Assembly (NCBI RefSeq): GCF_964194155.1
Contig: NC_135894.1
Coordinates: 89,280,001-89,344,000, forward strand
Reading direction: 5' to 3'
Origin: Cetorhinus maximus
Taxonomy: Eukaryota
DNA: 64,000 nt
Made by a program: the position numbers and the translations under genes. Shown here piece after piece: positions 23,125 through 36,484 of this stretch (the first letter of the stretch is position 1; each line of letters starts with the position of its first letter). Under the pieces are notes generated by a model. It was not told the origin of the DNA. It worked only from the letters and a program-made list of their open reading frames with translations, and did no database searches.

Positions 23125-23440
23125 GGACAGCCATTCCCTGGTTCATTCCCCATGGCAATGCCTTGACCAAGCAGAGTCGACCCGTCTGGTTTGAATTTAA
23201 ACAAGAGTTTAGTAGTTAACTGTTTCCAAGTGCATTCTCCATGGCAATACCTCTACCAATCAGAATTCACTTGCCAACCAATCAGCACCTCTGCTAATGC
23301 AGTATAAACTGTTGTTCCCCTTTGAGATTTGGTATTCTTGCGAATATGTCCTGATGAGTGCAAAATGAAAAGCTTCAGCAGCATGTCTCTTATTTTTTCA
23401 GCAATACTCGAGTTCTATACTACCACGTGACTAATCATTT
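23125..23440 (+). mobile_element. Penelope P2 solo terminal repeat (promoter-like module plus hammerhead)
   Basis: Homologous to 34880-35165, which follows a GIY-YIG ORF. CTGATGA...GAAAAGCTTC at 23351-23376. Confidence 0.8.
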
Positions 23441-23764
23441 AGTTATCTAGTGACCCTTATGCAGGTGAAGATCTCAAAACCTCTTTCAAGGAGAAGAGGT
23501 GGGCATCGAAGAAGAAAATGAATAATTAGGCAAAGGTCAAGAAAAGTTTTAATGAGATAGGTATTTAGGTGGCCTCTGAAGGCAGGAGGAGAAGCTTTGG
23601 AAGCAAATTCCAGCCACATGGAAGTAGAATATAAATATGGTTCTATAAATAGTAGATCAGTTGGGTTTGAGTAGTTTGCCTTAATTGAAGTTTCTTGAAT
23701 TCTGCCTATTAAGAACACATGATTTTTGTATTTTTATTATCAAACAGAATAACAATGGCTTATA

Positions 23765-24185
23765 TAAACGCAAAATACTGTGGATGTTGGAAATCTGAAA
23801 TAAAAACAGAAAGTGCTGAAAAAACTCAGCTGGTCCTGCAGCATCTGTGGAGAATGAAACTGAGTTAATGTTTGAAGTCCAATATGACACTTCTTTGGAA
23901 CTGAAGAGAGGTAGAAATGCGATGGGTTTTATGCCGTTGAGAAAGGGGGAAGGGGGATCAGGTGGAACAAAAGGGGAGGTCAAGGATAGGTTAGAAGGCA
24001 GGGGAACTTAAATATCAAAGATGGAGCAAAAGGCAAATGGAATGGTAATGGTAGTAGTAAAGAAGCAAAGAATTGGTCCAGTGTAGGTGCTAATGGAATA
24101 AAGGTCAACACTGAAAACAAAAAACATGAAAACAAGATACAAACTGGCACTTGGGGGGAAAAGATCAAAATGGAGGACAGAGCCT
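23765..24185 (-). mobile_element. Penelope P1 3'UTR/tail
   Basis: CAAAATACTGTGGATGTTGGAAATCTGAAATAAAAACAG...CTCAGC...CAGCATCTGTGGAG, the reverse complement of the P1 tail. Confidence 0.8.
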
Positions 24186-25099
24186 TATAACCTGCTCGAC
24201 CCTGTTTCCTAAAAGGTGTATGGATCAGCGACAGAGTACAATTGGCTTATTACCATGTGCCTCATTACATTTGGTCTGAAGGGATCCAGATCAGGAAGGA
24301 TATTAGTGTAAGCCACCTAGAACTTAATACACATCAGCTTTTTTAAATTGAACAAGTACTCCTGATGGACTCATCAAGATGTGGAATACTATCAAACTAA
24401 CAACAGCATACATGGATGAGGCAGATGAAGAGCTGAGGATGCTCCTGGTGTCCTGACTGAAATTCTGCCCTCAAGCATTACAACAAAAGTAAAACGAGTC
24501 AATTCATTGCTATTTATGGAATGTTGCTGGTCCAGAAGGTTTGTTACACTAGAGGCTACGTAGCAACAGCCAGTGTGCATCAGAGAAAAAGTAATTCTTG
24601 TGCAAAGAGCTTTAAGACATTTTGGTAATGTTCTATCACTTTTTTTCAACTCAGACTAGTTGTTTTGTTACAAGCAAAATCCAGTTGTGCCAAAAAAATG
24701 TTTTTCGGCCTACATATGTCTGTAAAAATGATCAGATACATTAAACAAAAAGACATTAGGACAGATGACCAAGAGTCTTAAGGAGCTGCTTAAAGGAGAT
24801 GAGAGAGATAGAGAGACAGAGATGTTTAGGTAGCGAGTTCTAGAGTTTAGGACTTAGACAACTGAAAGCATGGTTACCAATGGTAGAGACATGCTTTTAA
24901 CTTTTATTGAACTGACTTCAATTGTCTGCTTCAGTGGCTTTCCTTGGATAATCTGTGTTATAAACATGTCACTCTTTGACTGAGAATTCCAACTGTCCTC
25001 CGTGTTTACTCCCATAAACAGCTGCTATTTTAAAGCAGATTACTTGACACCTGAATTTACCCCTGTTCCTAAATGGAAGAGACTAATCTCCATTTTAAA

Positions 25100-25620
25100 T
25101 AAAAAGTTCTTGTCAGCATTTGGGTGATGCCATCCCTAGTTGCCCCGAAAATGCGATGGGTGGACAGTATCCTTCAACTGCTGCAAACCATTTAGGTGAT
25201 GGGGTTCACAAGATAGCTCTGGGTAGGAAATGCCAGCGTTTTAACCCAACAATGATGAAGGAACGGCAATATATGTCCAAGTTAGGATGAATTGTTACTT
25301 GATAGGGAACTTGGAGATGGGTCATGTTCTCGTGCACCTGATACCCTAGATGATAGAGATCACAGGTTTGGAAAGTCTTGCTGAAAAGGCCTCAGAAAGG
25401 TGCTACAGTGCTTCCTGTAGGTAGCATGCACTGCAATCAAAATGCCCTGGAGGGCGAAGGGGTGTGGATAATGAATCCTGGGACACTAATCAAGAAAACT
25501 GCTCTGTCCTGCATGATGCCAAGCTTCTTGACTAATTTAATGGTCACACACATCCAGGCAAGTGTGAGTGTTCCAACGCAATCAGGACTGAGAATTGTAC
25601 ATGCTGGAGGGGCTTTAAGA
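25100..25620 (-). mobile_element. Degenerate CR1-group family B 3' fragment
   Basis: CAGCATTTG...CCATCCCTAGTTGCCC and TGAAGGAACGGCAATATATGTCCAAGTTAGGATG. Confidence 0.7.
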
Positions 25621-25624
25621 AAAT

Positions 25625-25758
25625 CCCAAGTGGGAAAAAACAGTAAAAACTGGGAAATAAGGGTACTGGTCCGAACTGGTCTTGCGTACCTTAAAATGGA
25701 ACACCAGTTCAGACCAGTACTCTTATTTCCCAGTTTTTGCTGCTTTCTCCCCACTGGG
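25625..25758. repeat. Foldback / MITE-like inverted repeat (~56-bp arms, ~22-nt loop)
   Basis: AAAAACTGGGAAATAAGGGTACTGGTCCGAACTGGT pairs with ACCAGTTCAGACCAGTACTCTTATTTCCCAGTTTTT. Confidence 0.9.
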
Positions 25759-25859
25759 TGGGGAGGCATTGAGGGCCCTATGATGGTACAGCTGAGACTA
25801 GGAGCCCACCAAGCATAGGACAGAGGACAATTAGCCTATCAGTTTCTGGTACAGCTCAC

Positions 25860-26185
25860 AGGAATAGGAGTAGGCGACTTAGCCACTCGAGCCTGTTCTG
25901 TACTGTTCAATGAGCTCATGGCTGATCTGCAGCCTAACTCCATATATCTACCTTTGCCCTTACCGCTTATACCTTTGGTTAGCAAAAATCTATCAATCTC
26001 AGATTTAAAATTAACAATTTATCTAACACCAATTGCTATTTGTGGAAGACCATTCCAAATGTTCCTACCCTTTGTGTGTGGAAATGTTTCCTAATTTCAA
26101 TCCTGAGAGCTCTGACTCTAATTTCTAGACTATGCCTCCTCGTCTTAGACTCCCCAACCAGCAGAAATTGTTTCTCTCTAGCTAT
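25860..26185 (-). mobile_element. CR1 family A 3' fragment
   Basis: FLLVGESKTRRHSLEIR...RKHFHTQRV; tail GGAGTAGGC...CTCGAGCCTGTTC. Confidence 0.85.
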
Positions 26186-27619
26186 TCTCCTTGATTTTCT
26201 AGAAAACCTTCTAAATTGCAGCCCATTGGCATTTCGACAAGCTGTGCCATTGCACATGAAAGACTGAGCAACATAACTACAACACTACAGTGATGTTAAC
26301 AAGTTGGGCAAGAGAGTGGAGAACATTCATTATATAATTACGCTGATATGGTTTAGGCAGTCAATGCCATTATTGGCAAGTGATGCAGTACTTAAGTTAA
26401 ATGAATTCAAGACCAAATAATTTACTGAAAAAAATTGCCTTTGACGTGTGAAGAATGTGAAGACGGGTAACAAATTGCCGGCCATTACCGGATTGGCAAT
26501 TCAGAGCCAATGATTGGATTGGCCGAGGTGGGGGAGGAGGGGTGTGGGGGTGGGATGGTGTTTAACCCAAGATAAAAATCCTTTATTTGTATGAGCAACA
26601 TGAGGGTCCTGAGATCACAGTTGGTGTTGCACAACTTGCATTCGGTGCCATCTCAGGCATGGTTGGTCCTAGTGAGAGGCATTGGTTGGGGTTGGGGGGG
26701 GTGGGGGGGTGGGGGGGGGGTGGGGGGGGGTGCGAGGGGGGTGGGGGTGGTGGTGCGGCGGAGGGGGGTTAATTTTGAACTTTGACCTTTGGTTGGAAAG
26801 CTAGCAGAGTGGATTACATGCCCTGCCTTTAGTGAACCTGTCAGATTTTTGTTCCATTCATTTCAATAGAATGAAAATCCAACGTCAATGGGCGAGCGAC
26901 CTGGTCCCTTGTTAGCCACCAAATGGCAAAGCTGATAACTACCTCACCGTGAGTGGGGATAGTGATTGAAGGTTGCTCAGATTAACACGAAAACCACCAT
27001 GTTCATTGCCTCATGAAGACACTAACAGGAGAAGATCTAATCCATGCAGCCTGTTACACACACAACTATGTCACCTTACATATCACAATAGGGGCTGCAG
27101 GAAGGCAGTTCACCACCACCTTTTCAAGGGCAATTAGGGATGGGTAATAAATGCTGGCCTAGCCAGTGACACCCACATCCCGTAAATGAACACAAGAAAA
27201 ATTTTTAAAAATACATATACTCTCCATCCCACCCAAAAACATTGAGGAAAATTTCGGTATTTGTGTGACAAGTCACTCCACATGCATTAACTTGCAGAGA
27301 GTTGCAAGATTGTTCATATTGTGCTATGCCAAACCCAACAATGAATGGAAAAGTATGGAAAAGTTGGGCAGCACTGTAGACTCATGATGGACTTGCTGGC
27401 AGAACATATGATGCCACATTAGATGTAATCTCTTTGCCCAGGCTTCCTCCAGTCAGCCATTTCAAGTGTAAAAATAATGTAAAACAAGCCTTAGCTTTTA
27501 TACTGCATGTATGAGGCAGGTGGCTGCCTACAGCTATTAGTGTTTACTGTTTGTCCTACACCGTCTCTAGACAGCTACCTGCATATTTATATTGCACACA
27601 GGTATAGAGCTCCTCTTAC

Positions 27620-28050
27620 TGGTATCCAGGACAAAGCAGCCCACTTGATTGGCATCCCGTCCACCACCTTAACCAGTCATTCCCTCCACCACCAACGCAC
27701 AGTGTGTACCATCTACAAGGAGCGCTGCAGCAACTCATCAAGGCTTATTTGACAGCACCTTCCAAGCACGCGACCTCTATCGCCTAGAAGGACAATGGCA
27801 GCAGATGCGTGGGAACACCACCACCTGCAAGTTCCCCCCCCCCACAAACCATTCACCACCCTGACTTGGAAATATATCACCGTCACTGGGTCAAAATTCT
27901 GGAACTGCCTATCCAGTAGCACTATGAGTGTACTTACAACATATGGACTAAAGCAGTTCAAGAAGGCGGTTCACCATCATCGTGAAGGGATGGGCAACAA
28001 ATATTGGCCTAGCCATTGATGCTCACATCCCAGGAACAAATAAAAAAAAG
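27620..28050 (+). mobile_element. CR1-group family B 3' fragment (short additional tail at ~27090-27200)
   Basis: IQDKAAHLIG...SLHHQRTV...TLTWKYI..TGSKFWN; family B tail. Confidence 0.88.
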
Positions 28051-30166
28051 CCTCGTTAAATTTATTGTTAGCTAAGAACTAAGTGAACAGTCAGTCTTTG
28101 CCAGCACTAGAGAGACGTCCTTTTGTTTAGTGCCTTACCGCTTCCCTCAGAAACATATCAAAACACTTCAGTTTGAAGTTCAGTGACAATTGCTTTATGG
28201 GTGGCAGTCATAGCAAGGCCTCAAAAGCAGCGATGTGAACCATTGGTTAATCTGCCACCCATTCAAATCCAAGTGCATGTGAAACTGTTTTCATGAGGCA
28301 GTTTCACATCACTTGCACAATTCAATCCAAGTGATTTCACTCACGGGTTTTACAGCTTGTATCACCCCACATGAAAGCAAAATTGTCTTCTGCAATTGAC
28401 CTATTTAGGCAAGGGTACAGCTAACTCCTTTCATAACATTTCATTACATGCATAGATGCCTACAATAAATGCTCCCTTTAACAAAAATGAAACTAATTCT
28501 CCGTAACCCATACTTACTTGAGACAACGTTCACGCAAAACAAATCACAATAAAAGATATTGCACAATGATTAATTGTACATTGTGGTTTCCTGCAGCTAA
28601 TATTAAAAGCTCCCTCAAGATGATCCCCATGCATCAATCTCTACCTTCCTGTTCTGTCAATATTACACATCAGCAGTTTATGTCAATTGCATTAAAATCG
28701 ATTGATGGGGGCTTAAAGAAATTGGCATGCTGGAAATTAAAGGGCCTACATTATTGATGATTGATGCATTTCTGTAAATGTCTGGTATTTACATGCCAGT
28801 CTTTGCCATGCAGTCAAACTAATTCCATCATGTGTACTTCACTGCCCCTCTAGCAATGAATATCTGGCAATCTGCTTAATAGTCAGTAGCAAAATTGCCG
28901 CACTCTGTTAATTAGCTTAAAATCAAAATATTTGTTCTGTGGAACATTGAGAAACAATCTGGATTACAACATTTAAGTCACTCAGAATCTCACATACTTG
29001 CAGACTTTGATAGATGTCAATGGCTGACGTAAGATAGACAGATTCTAAGTGTTGTAGTCCAGAAAGCCAGAACATAAGGAATGGAACAGAAGCCAATCTT
29101 TACACACATTTATAAGCATTTATTTATAGAGATACACACTACAAACATGCACCTCCTAACCCAATAATTTCAATTTCAGTCTGTTCATTTTTTATAGGAG
29201 CACAAAACCCCTCTACCTGCATATAATTAATATATAATTAACAGAGTTGCTTCTCTCTCTTTAAGTAAAAAGTGGTTCATTTGTACAGCCAAAATTTTAA
29301 AACAAATTAAATCATAGATTTCCATATTCTATACAAAGCATTACATTGTGAGATGCCCCTCCTCTGGGGCCTCGAACAATTTATTTGTCCACGCATGTCT
29401 TATTGTAAAACCATTTAAAATTTGATGACTTACATCCATTGATTTAATTTCACAGATTTCCTTTCTCTCCAAAATTTATTTCAAGCAGCAATGTCAATCT
29501 GTAACCTTCCCTCACTTGCATTTTTCATAGAATGTACATTATCCCACAAAGAGTAATCATCTACATAATAATCTTTGGGTACACTATCTTCTGTATGTAC
29601 ATTGTACAGCATCGCGCTTAAATATTTGACAAATAGGCTCCCAAACCAACTGCCTCAAAAACAGCCAGTGTTTCAGCAACTGGAGTACTTTTAACAACTG
29701 TCTTTATTTTCCTACCTTCCCAAGGTAGAGAACAATATTTCCCATTTTCACGCATCAGAAATATTATAAAACCAGCTGCACTAGAATACCCATCAGGAGC
29801 ATAACAGGTAAAGCATCGCTAACAATGACAAGGTCATGTTTTTCGAGACACCTAAGGATGGGAGCTTAAGTATGATTTCTCCATTTTCAACTTTCTTAAT
29901 GTTTTATTTCTTCTTAAAAGATTGTCCACTTTAGGATGCTTCATTGTAGCACTTATCTCCAACACACGAAACCTAGCATCTGGTCTAGCCTGAGTTCACA
30001 ATCTATTAAACTAACCAATCAAGCTTCATATTGGCTCTGTCTCTTCTTTAGATCTTTCTGTGATGATCTGGTGTAATTAATTGAATGAGAGTAACATTCT
30101 CTAAATAGGAATGTTGATTGAAATTTATTACAGACCTACTTTTCTTAACATCTAAACAAATATACT

Positions 30167-30985
30167 TAAAACAAAAACAGAATTACCTGGAAAAACTCAG
30201 CAGGTCTGGCAGCATAGGCGGAGAAGAAAAGAGTTGACGTTTCGAGTCCTCTTGACCCTTCAGCAGAACTGAGTAAAGTTAGGAGAGGGGTGAAATATAA
30301 GCTGGTTTAAGGTGGGGGGCGGGGGGGTGGAGGGAGAGAAGTTGGGGTGGGGGTGGTTGTAGGGACAAGCAAGCAGTGATAGGAGCAGATAATCAAAAGA
30401 TGTCACAGACAAAAGGAACAAAGACGTGTTAAAGGTGGTGATATTATCTAAGAGAATGTGCTAATTAAGAATGGATGGCAGGACACTCAAGGTACAGCTC
30501 TAGTGGAGGTGGGGTGGAAACATTGACAGGGCATTACAGTTATAGATTTAAAAATAATGGAAATAGGTGGGAAAAGAAAAATCTATATAAATTATTGGAA
30601 AAAACAAAAGGGAGGGGGAAGAAACAGAAAGGGGGTGGGGATGGGGGAGGGAGTTCAAGATCTAAAGTTGTTGAATTCAATATTCAGTCCGGAAGGCTGT
30701 AAAGTGCCTAGTCGGAAGATGAGGTGCTGTTCCTCCAGTTTGCGTTGGGCTTCACTGGAAAAATGCAGCAAGCCAAGGACAGACATGTGGGCAAGAGAGC
30801 AGGGTGGAGTGTTAAAATGGCAAGCGACAGGGAGGTTTGGGTCTTTCTTGCGGACAGACCGCAGGTCGCCCAGTTTACGTTTGGTCTCTCCAATGTAGAG
30901 GAGACTGCATTGGGAGCAACGAATGCAGTAGACTAAGTTATGGGAAATGCAAGTGAAATGCTGCTTCACTTGAAAGGAGTGTTTG
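30167..30985 (-). mobile_element. Penelope P1, 5'-truncated GIY-YIG plus tail
   Basis: ORF 30655-30969 NLVYCIRCSQCSLLYIGETKRKLGD...LIFRLGTLQPSGLNIEF; reverse complement of ~5150-5940. Confidence 0.92.
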
Positions 30986-31649
30986 GGGAGTGTTTGGCTC
31001 CTTTTTTGAAAGGAGCAATATGCTTAAAAGCCTAACAAGTCTGACTCCCAATTTTAAATTCTATTCTAATTGTATTAATAACACATTTCTCAAATTCACA
31101 GTACCACTTCATAAGAAATCATCAACATGCATCATGAAGATGCCCGAAAGTGTTCAAACATCCCATATGATGCGAATCAAGCAACGTAGGATCTGCTTTT
31201 AGTTGAACACAACCTATTTTCAGCAAAACATATCTCACCAAAAAATACCATGCCCTGGAGGCATTCAGGTCATAGTATCATTTGTTTAGTGTCCACAGTT
31301 TTCCTTCTGCCACCGCTGCCCCTTTGGGCAGTTTCAGAATACTTTCTCTGCAGAAATGCGGTGTTTATGTTGATTGTCCTACACTCCCATGAATATCTGG
31401 CCAAAGGATTTTTAAGATTATTCTCCCAGCTGTGGGAGAATCCACCCTGATATCTTTATCTCCCAGTAACTCTTCAAAACCCTAGCAGCTAGCCTCGCTT
31501 TAGCCTTATACGTCCCACTGTGAATCCGTTTATGCGACAAGGCTGATTAACCTTTATTTGGTATCTTAAAATCAATTTCAAACTCGCAACAAATTATCTA
31601 ACTCTCTTTGTTTTATCTCTCTTGTTAGTTTATCCGCAGGCTTATTGGT

Positions 31650-33865
31650 ACATACGAACATATGAACATATGAAGTAGACCATTTGGCCCCTCGAGCCTG
31701 TTCCACCATTCAATAAGATCACAGCTGATCTGATTGTAACCTCAAGCCCATATTCCCACCTACCTCCAATAGACTTTCACCCCCTTGGCTTATCAAGAAT
31801 CTATCTACTTCTACCTTAAAAATATTCAAAGATTCTGCATCCACTGTCTTTTGAGGAAGAGACTGCCAAAAAATCACAACCCTCTGAGGAAAAAAACTTC
31901 TCCTCATCCCTGTTTAAATGTGTGGCCCCTTGTTTTCAAACTGTGACCCTAGTTCTAGATTTTCCCACAACAGGAAACATCCTCTCCACATGCACCCTGT
32001 CAAGACCCCTCAGGATCTTATATGTTTCAATCAAATCACCTCTTACTCTTCTGAACTCCAGCAGATACAAGCCTAACCTGTCCAACTTTTCCTCATATGA
32101 CAACCCACCCATTCCAGGTATTAGTCTAGTAAACCTTCTGTGAACTGCTTCTAATGCATTTACATCCTTCCTTAAATAAGGAGACCAATACTGTACACAG
32201 TGCTCTAGGTGTGGTCTCACCAATGCTCTGGATAACTGAAGCATAATTTCCTAACTTTTGTATTCAATTCCCCTCGCAATAAATGATAACATTCTATTAG
32301 CTTTCCTAATTAGTTGCTGAAGCTGCATACTAACATTTAGCGATTCATGCACTAGGGCACCCAGATCCCTTTGCATCTCAAGGCTCTAAAAATCTCTCGT
32401 CATTTAAATAATATGTTTCTTTTTTATTCTTCCTGCCAAAATGGACAATTCCACATTTTCCCACATTATGCTCCATTTGCCAGATCTTTGCCCACTTACT
32501 TAACCTATCCATATCCCTTTGTAGCCTCCTTATGTCCTCTTCACAATTTACTTTCCTACCTAGCTTTGAGCCATCAGCAAATTTAGCAACCAACCATACC
32601 TTTGGTCCCTTCATCCAAGTCATTTATATAAGTTGTGAAAAGTTGAGGCCCCAGCACTACTCCCTGTGGCACATTACTATTTATATCTTACCAACAAGAA
32701 AATTGTCCAATTATGCCTACTCTCTGTTTCATGTTAGCTAGCCAATCTTCAATCCATGCCAATATGTTACCTCCACACCATGAGCTTTTATTTTCCACAA
32801 TAACCTTTGATGTTGAACCTTATCAAACGTCTTCTGGAAGTTTAAGTACAGTACATCCACCCCTTTATCCACAGCACATGTTATTTCTTCAAAGAACTCC
32901 AATAAATTGTATTTTTCATTCATTCATGGGATGTTGGCATCACTGACTATGCCAGCATTTATTGTCACCTCTGAGAAGGTGGTGGTGAGATGCCTTCTTG
33001 AACTGCTGCAGGCCATGTGATGTAGGTACACGCACAGTATTGTTAGGGAGTGAGTTCCAGGATTTTGACCTAGCAACAGTGAAGGAACGGCGATATATTT
33101 CCAAGTCAGGATGGTGAGTGGCTTGGAGGGGAACTTCCAGGTGGTGGTGTTCCCACATATCTGATGCCCTGGTCTTCTAGATGGTAGTGGTAGTGGTCGT
33201 GGGTTTGGAAGGTGCTGCCTAAGGAGCCTTGGTGAGTTTCTGCAGAGCATCTTGTTGATGGTACATACTTTTGCTACTGTGCGTTGGTGGTGGAGGGAGT
33301 GATTGTTTGTGGATGGGGTGCCAATCAAGCAGGCTGTTTTGTCCTGGCTGGTGTCGAGCTTCTTGAGTGTTATTGGAGCTGCATTAATCCAGGCAAGGGG
33401 AGAGCATTCTATCACACTTCTGACTTGATGACTCCTGACTTGATTTCCCTTTCACAAAACCATGCTGACTCTGCCAACGATTTCGAATTTTTCTAAGTGT
33501 GCTGCTAAAACATCTTTAATAATAGCTTTTATCATTTTTCCTATGACAGATGTCAAGGTAACTGGCCTGTAGTTTCCTGCTTTCTGTCTCCTTCCTTTTT
33601 CGAATAAAGGGGTTCCATTCACTATTTTCCAATCTGATGGAATTTAGGGAACCTCTGGAAAATTAAAACCAATGCATCAACTATCTCACTAGCCACTTTT
33701 TTTAAGACTCTAAGATGAAGTCCATCAGGACCTGGGGACTTATCAGCCTGTAGCTCCAACAATTTGCTCAGTACCATTTCCCTGGTGATTGTAATATTCT
33801 TGAGTTCCTCCCTCCCTTCCATTTCCTGATTTACAGCAATTTCTGGGATGTTGCTTCTATCCTCC
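31650..33865 (-). mobile_element. CR1 family A ORF2 remnant, interrupted by a family B insertion
   Basis: ALVRPHLEHCVQYWSPYLRKD...; AKFADGSKLG; KSPGPDGLHLRVLK. Confidence 0.92.
32913..33428 (-). mobile_element. CR1-group family B 3' fragment nested in family A
   Basis: AAPITLKKLDTSQDKTACLIG...TILTWKYIAVPS; tail TTCATTCATGGGATG on the plus strand. Confidence 0.9.
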
Positions 33866-34124
33866 TGGTAGCCATCAACTTCACAGTCATGAGGACTTAT
33901 GCTTCTAATTCTCTTGCTAAACTGTTCTTTTTAGAGATTGTGGTCTTTATTTCTTTGTCTAATGCAAGTGTGATAGCCAGAGAACAGATGGTCCAAACCT
34001 GATGAGTGTTTCCAGCATTTTCTGTTCTTAGTTCACCATCCATTTTACTTTTTTAAATTTATGTTAGCTCCTTGCGATTAATCAAAATTAATTACATGTA
34101 CGTTGGGATTCTTGCAGTTCCACA

Positions 34125-35165
34125 TGTTATAAGACTGGTCTTATCAGTAACCTTGTATATAAGGTCCAAGCCACTTATTCACTATGCAAGCTTGATGCAG
34201 AACTAGGGTGCGTTAAAGGTATCCTGTGGGATAATGGCTACCTGATCAGATCATTTCGCACTATATATCATGCAAACTCATGAATGGGCCTAAGTCCGTC
34301 ACTTTTGGCCCTGAAAAATGCCCAGTCTACCTCAGATTACCCTGGAAGGGCAAGGTATCTCAAAACATTGAGCAACAGGTGAAGCTAGCTGTATCACGCT
34401 GCTACTGCGCATTAGCAACACGAGTGGTATTCGCCACTAACAGGATGCTGTCGTCAAGCCAAAAAGACATTCTGCCTATCACACAAATGAATAATGTGGT
34501 ATATGAGTTTCAGTGCCAGAGTGATGCTAGGTATGAAGGCCGTACATCCCAAAGACTGGCAGATTGTATCAAACAACATGTCCCAGCCGCTGTTCGCAAT
34601 GCGCAGGGTACAGACCATAGCCAACTGGCCCATGCTTGCAAATCTCAAAACACAGTGTCCAACATTTGATGTGATTCCGCAATTGGGCAACATTCGCTAA
34701 ATAATCCTCAGTGTGCTAAGGATTATGCTGACAACCAAATTAAGATTGTCAGTCGGCATCGCAGACTGATGAATTGGCATGTACTAGAAGCTACATATAT
34801 TAATATGCAGGGCCTGTTCTTTGCAGACAAAAAGAACATGTACACACATTGCGTCTATTTCAGCTAAACTAAATAAGTGACAGCCATTCGCTGACTCATT
34901 CCTCAGGGCAATGCCTTTACCAAGCAGGGTCAGGCTGCCTGGTTTAAATTTCAGACAATGCTTGGTAGTTATCTGTCAGTCACTATCAATTGATGCATTC
35001 TCCATGGCAACACTTCCACCAATCAGGGACCACTTGCCAGTCAATCAGCACTTTCTTCTCATACAGCATCTGTTGTTGTTTTTCCATTATATTGGTACTC
35101 TTGTGAAGAGTCCTGATGAGTGCAAGACGAAAAGCTTTGACATGTCTCTTTTTTTAAGCAACACT
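34125..35165 (+). mobile_element. Penelope-like family P2 (GIY-YIG C-terminus plus terminal repeat with hammerhead)
   Basis: ORF 34280-34669 VYLRLPWKG...NNVVYEFQCQSDARYEGRTSQRLADCIKQH (GIY-YIG-type). Hammerhead at 35110-35141. Confidence 0.88.
35110..35141 (+). ncRNA. Minimal type I hammerhead ribozyme motif (Penelope-associated)
   Basis: GTC-CTGATGA-GTGCAAGAC-GAAA-AGCT-TT-GAC: core CUGAUGA and GAAA, short stem II, palindromic AAGCUU stem III, UH site, stem I GUC/GAC. Confidence 0.7.
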
Positions 35166-36484
35166 ACCTCATACAGCATAGTTAAAAGAGTCCATGACTT
35201 ACATATTCATCACATGATTACAATTCTTTTGACCAGTATACTTTGTTCAGATTCATCATTATCTTCATCTCATTCTTCACAATTCTCTCTGTCATGTGCC
35301 ATTTTGAGGATCCTGCCTCTTTGCTCTGGGCAGTTCACACCTGAAGCTCCTATTAACTTTTCCTTGAGCATTCCTGGGATCCATTCGCCAATTATTTTTG
35401 TCTTCTGCTGAAACAGCCAAAACTGCTAAAGGTGCTTCCATTATCTGCCTTTAATCCGTCCATTGTATTGAAGCCTGTAGCCTCTGTATGCTAGCCCTAT
35501 ACATTTCAGTTTGAATTACTTTGACAGTCTCAATTGAGTTCTTTCTGGACAGTGGCCCACAACATGCTCTCTATTTACATGAATTGGTGATTTCTCTGAG
35601 GTTGTAAGGTAGCTGGTATGGGAATGAAAAGTGATATGCTGGTGTATATGGACTGAGGGAGCCCTTCTGTGCATTGAAATTGGACAACTGGAGCAACCAG
35701 ATAACTGAGCTGTTGAAAACTGCCCTTTTCCTGTCTTCTCTACATTGAAGACAGATGTCCATTTTATATTTGGTGAGGAAACTCTGAGGCTTGGGTTAGC
35801 ACTTTCCGGAGCATTAGTATTACCTGGAGGCCAGATATGAGAATTAAGTAACTAAGGTTCAGTGCCCATGGTGACCACCTTGCAGAGTCTGTGCCAAGGA
35901 ATTGCTCCTGAAGCTCTGCACTTCCAACTAATGGAGCAACTGCAGAATTGCATATGATGTGTGTCCATGATGTGGACAGGACAGTGATGGTAAGGTGCTT
36001 CAGATTTTATGGTAAACTGAACTGCTCATCTTAACATTTAGAAAGCTTTCCATTACCTGCTGTGAGGTAAAACCTGTGCTTATTAGTGGTCTCATAACCA
36101 ACCAGTGATTATCTTCTCAGGGTGGAGGGGAGGGCTGAGCAGTTTGTCTTTCTGGCTAAGTTAGTTCCAGTGATGGCATATTGGCAATAAGTATTCTGCT
36201 GCAGTCAATAATCTGAAGTCAAATCGGCAGTATTGTTGATGATTGGCCAACCAGTGTGGCTCAATAATGGGGACTTGAGCTGACAGGCCTATCTTTGGGG
36301 ATGGTTTGTTTCCAGAGCACCCTGTAACAGAATGGCTCATCAGCACAAAGTATCCCAGGATGTCCCAAAGGTGTTTTGCAGCCAATGAAGTACTATTAAA
36401 GTGTCACTGTCAACTAGTGGGATCTTTCCCATTACTTTGTAGTTACGCAGCATTAGCTAGTCAAAGTCCAGCAGAATGTTCTTT

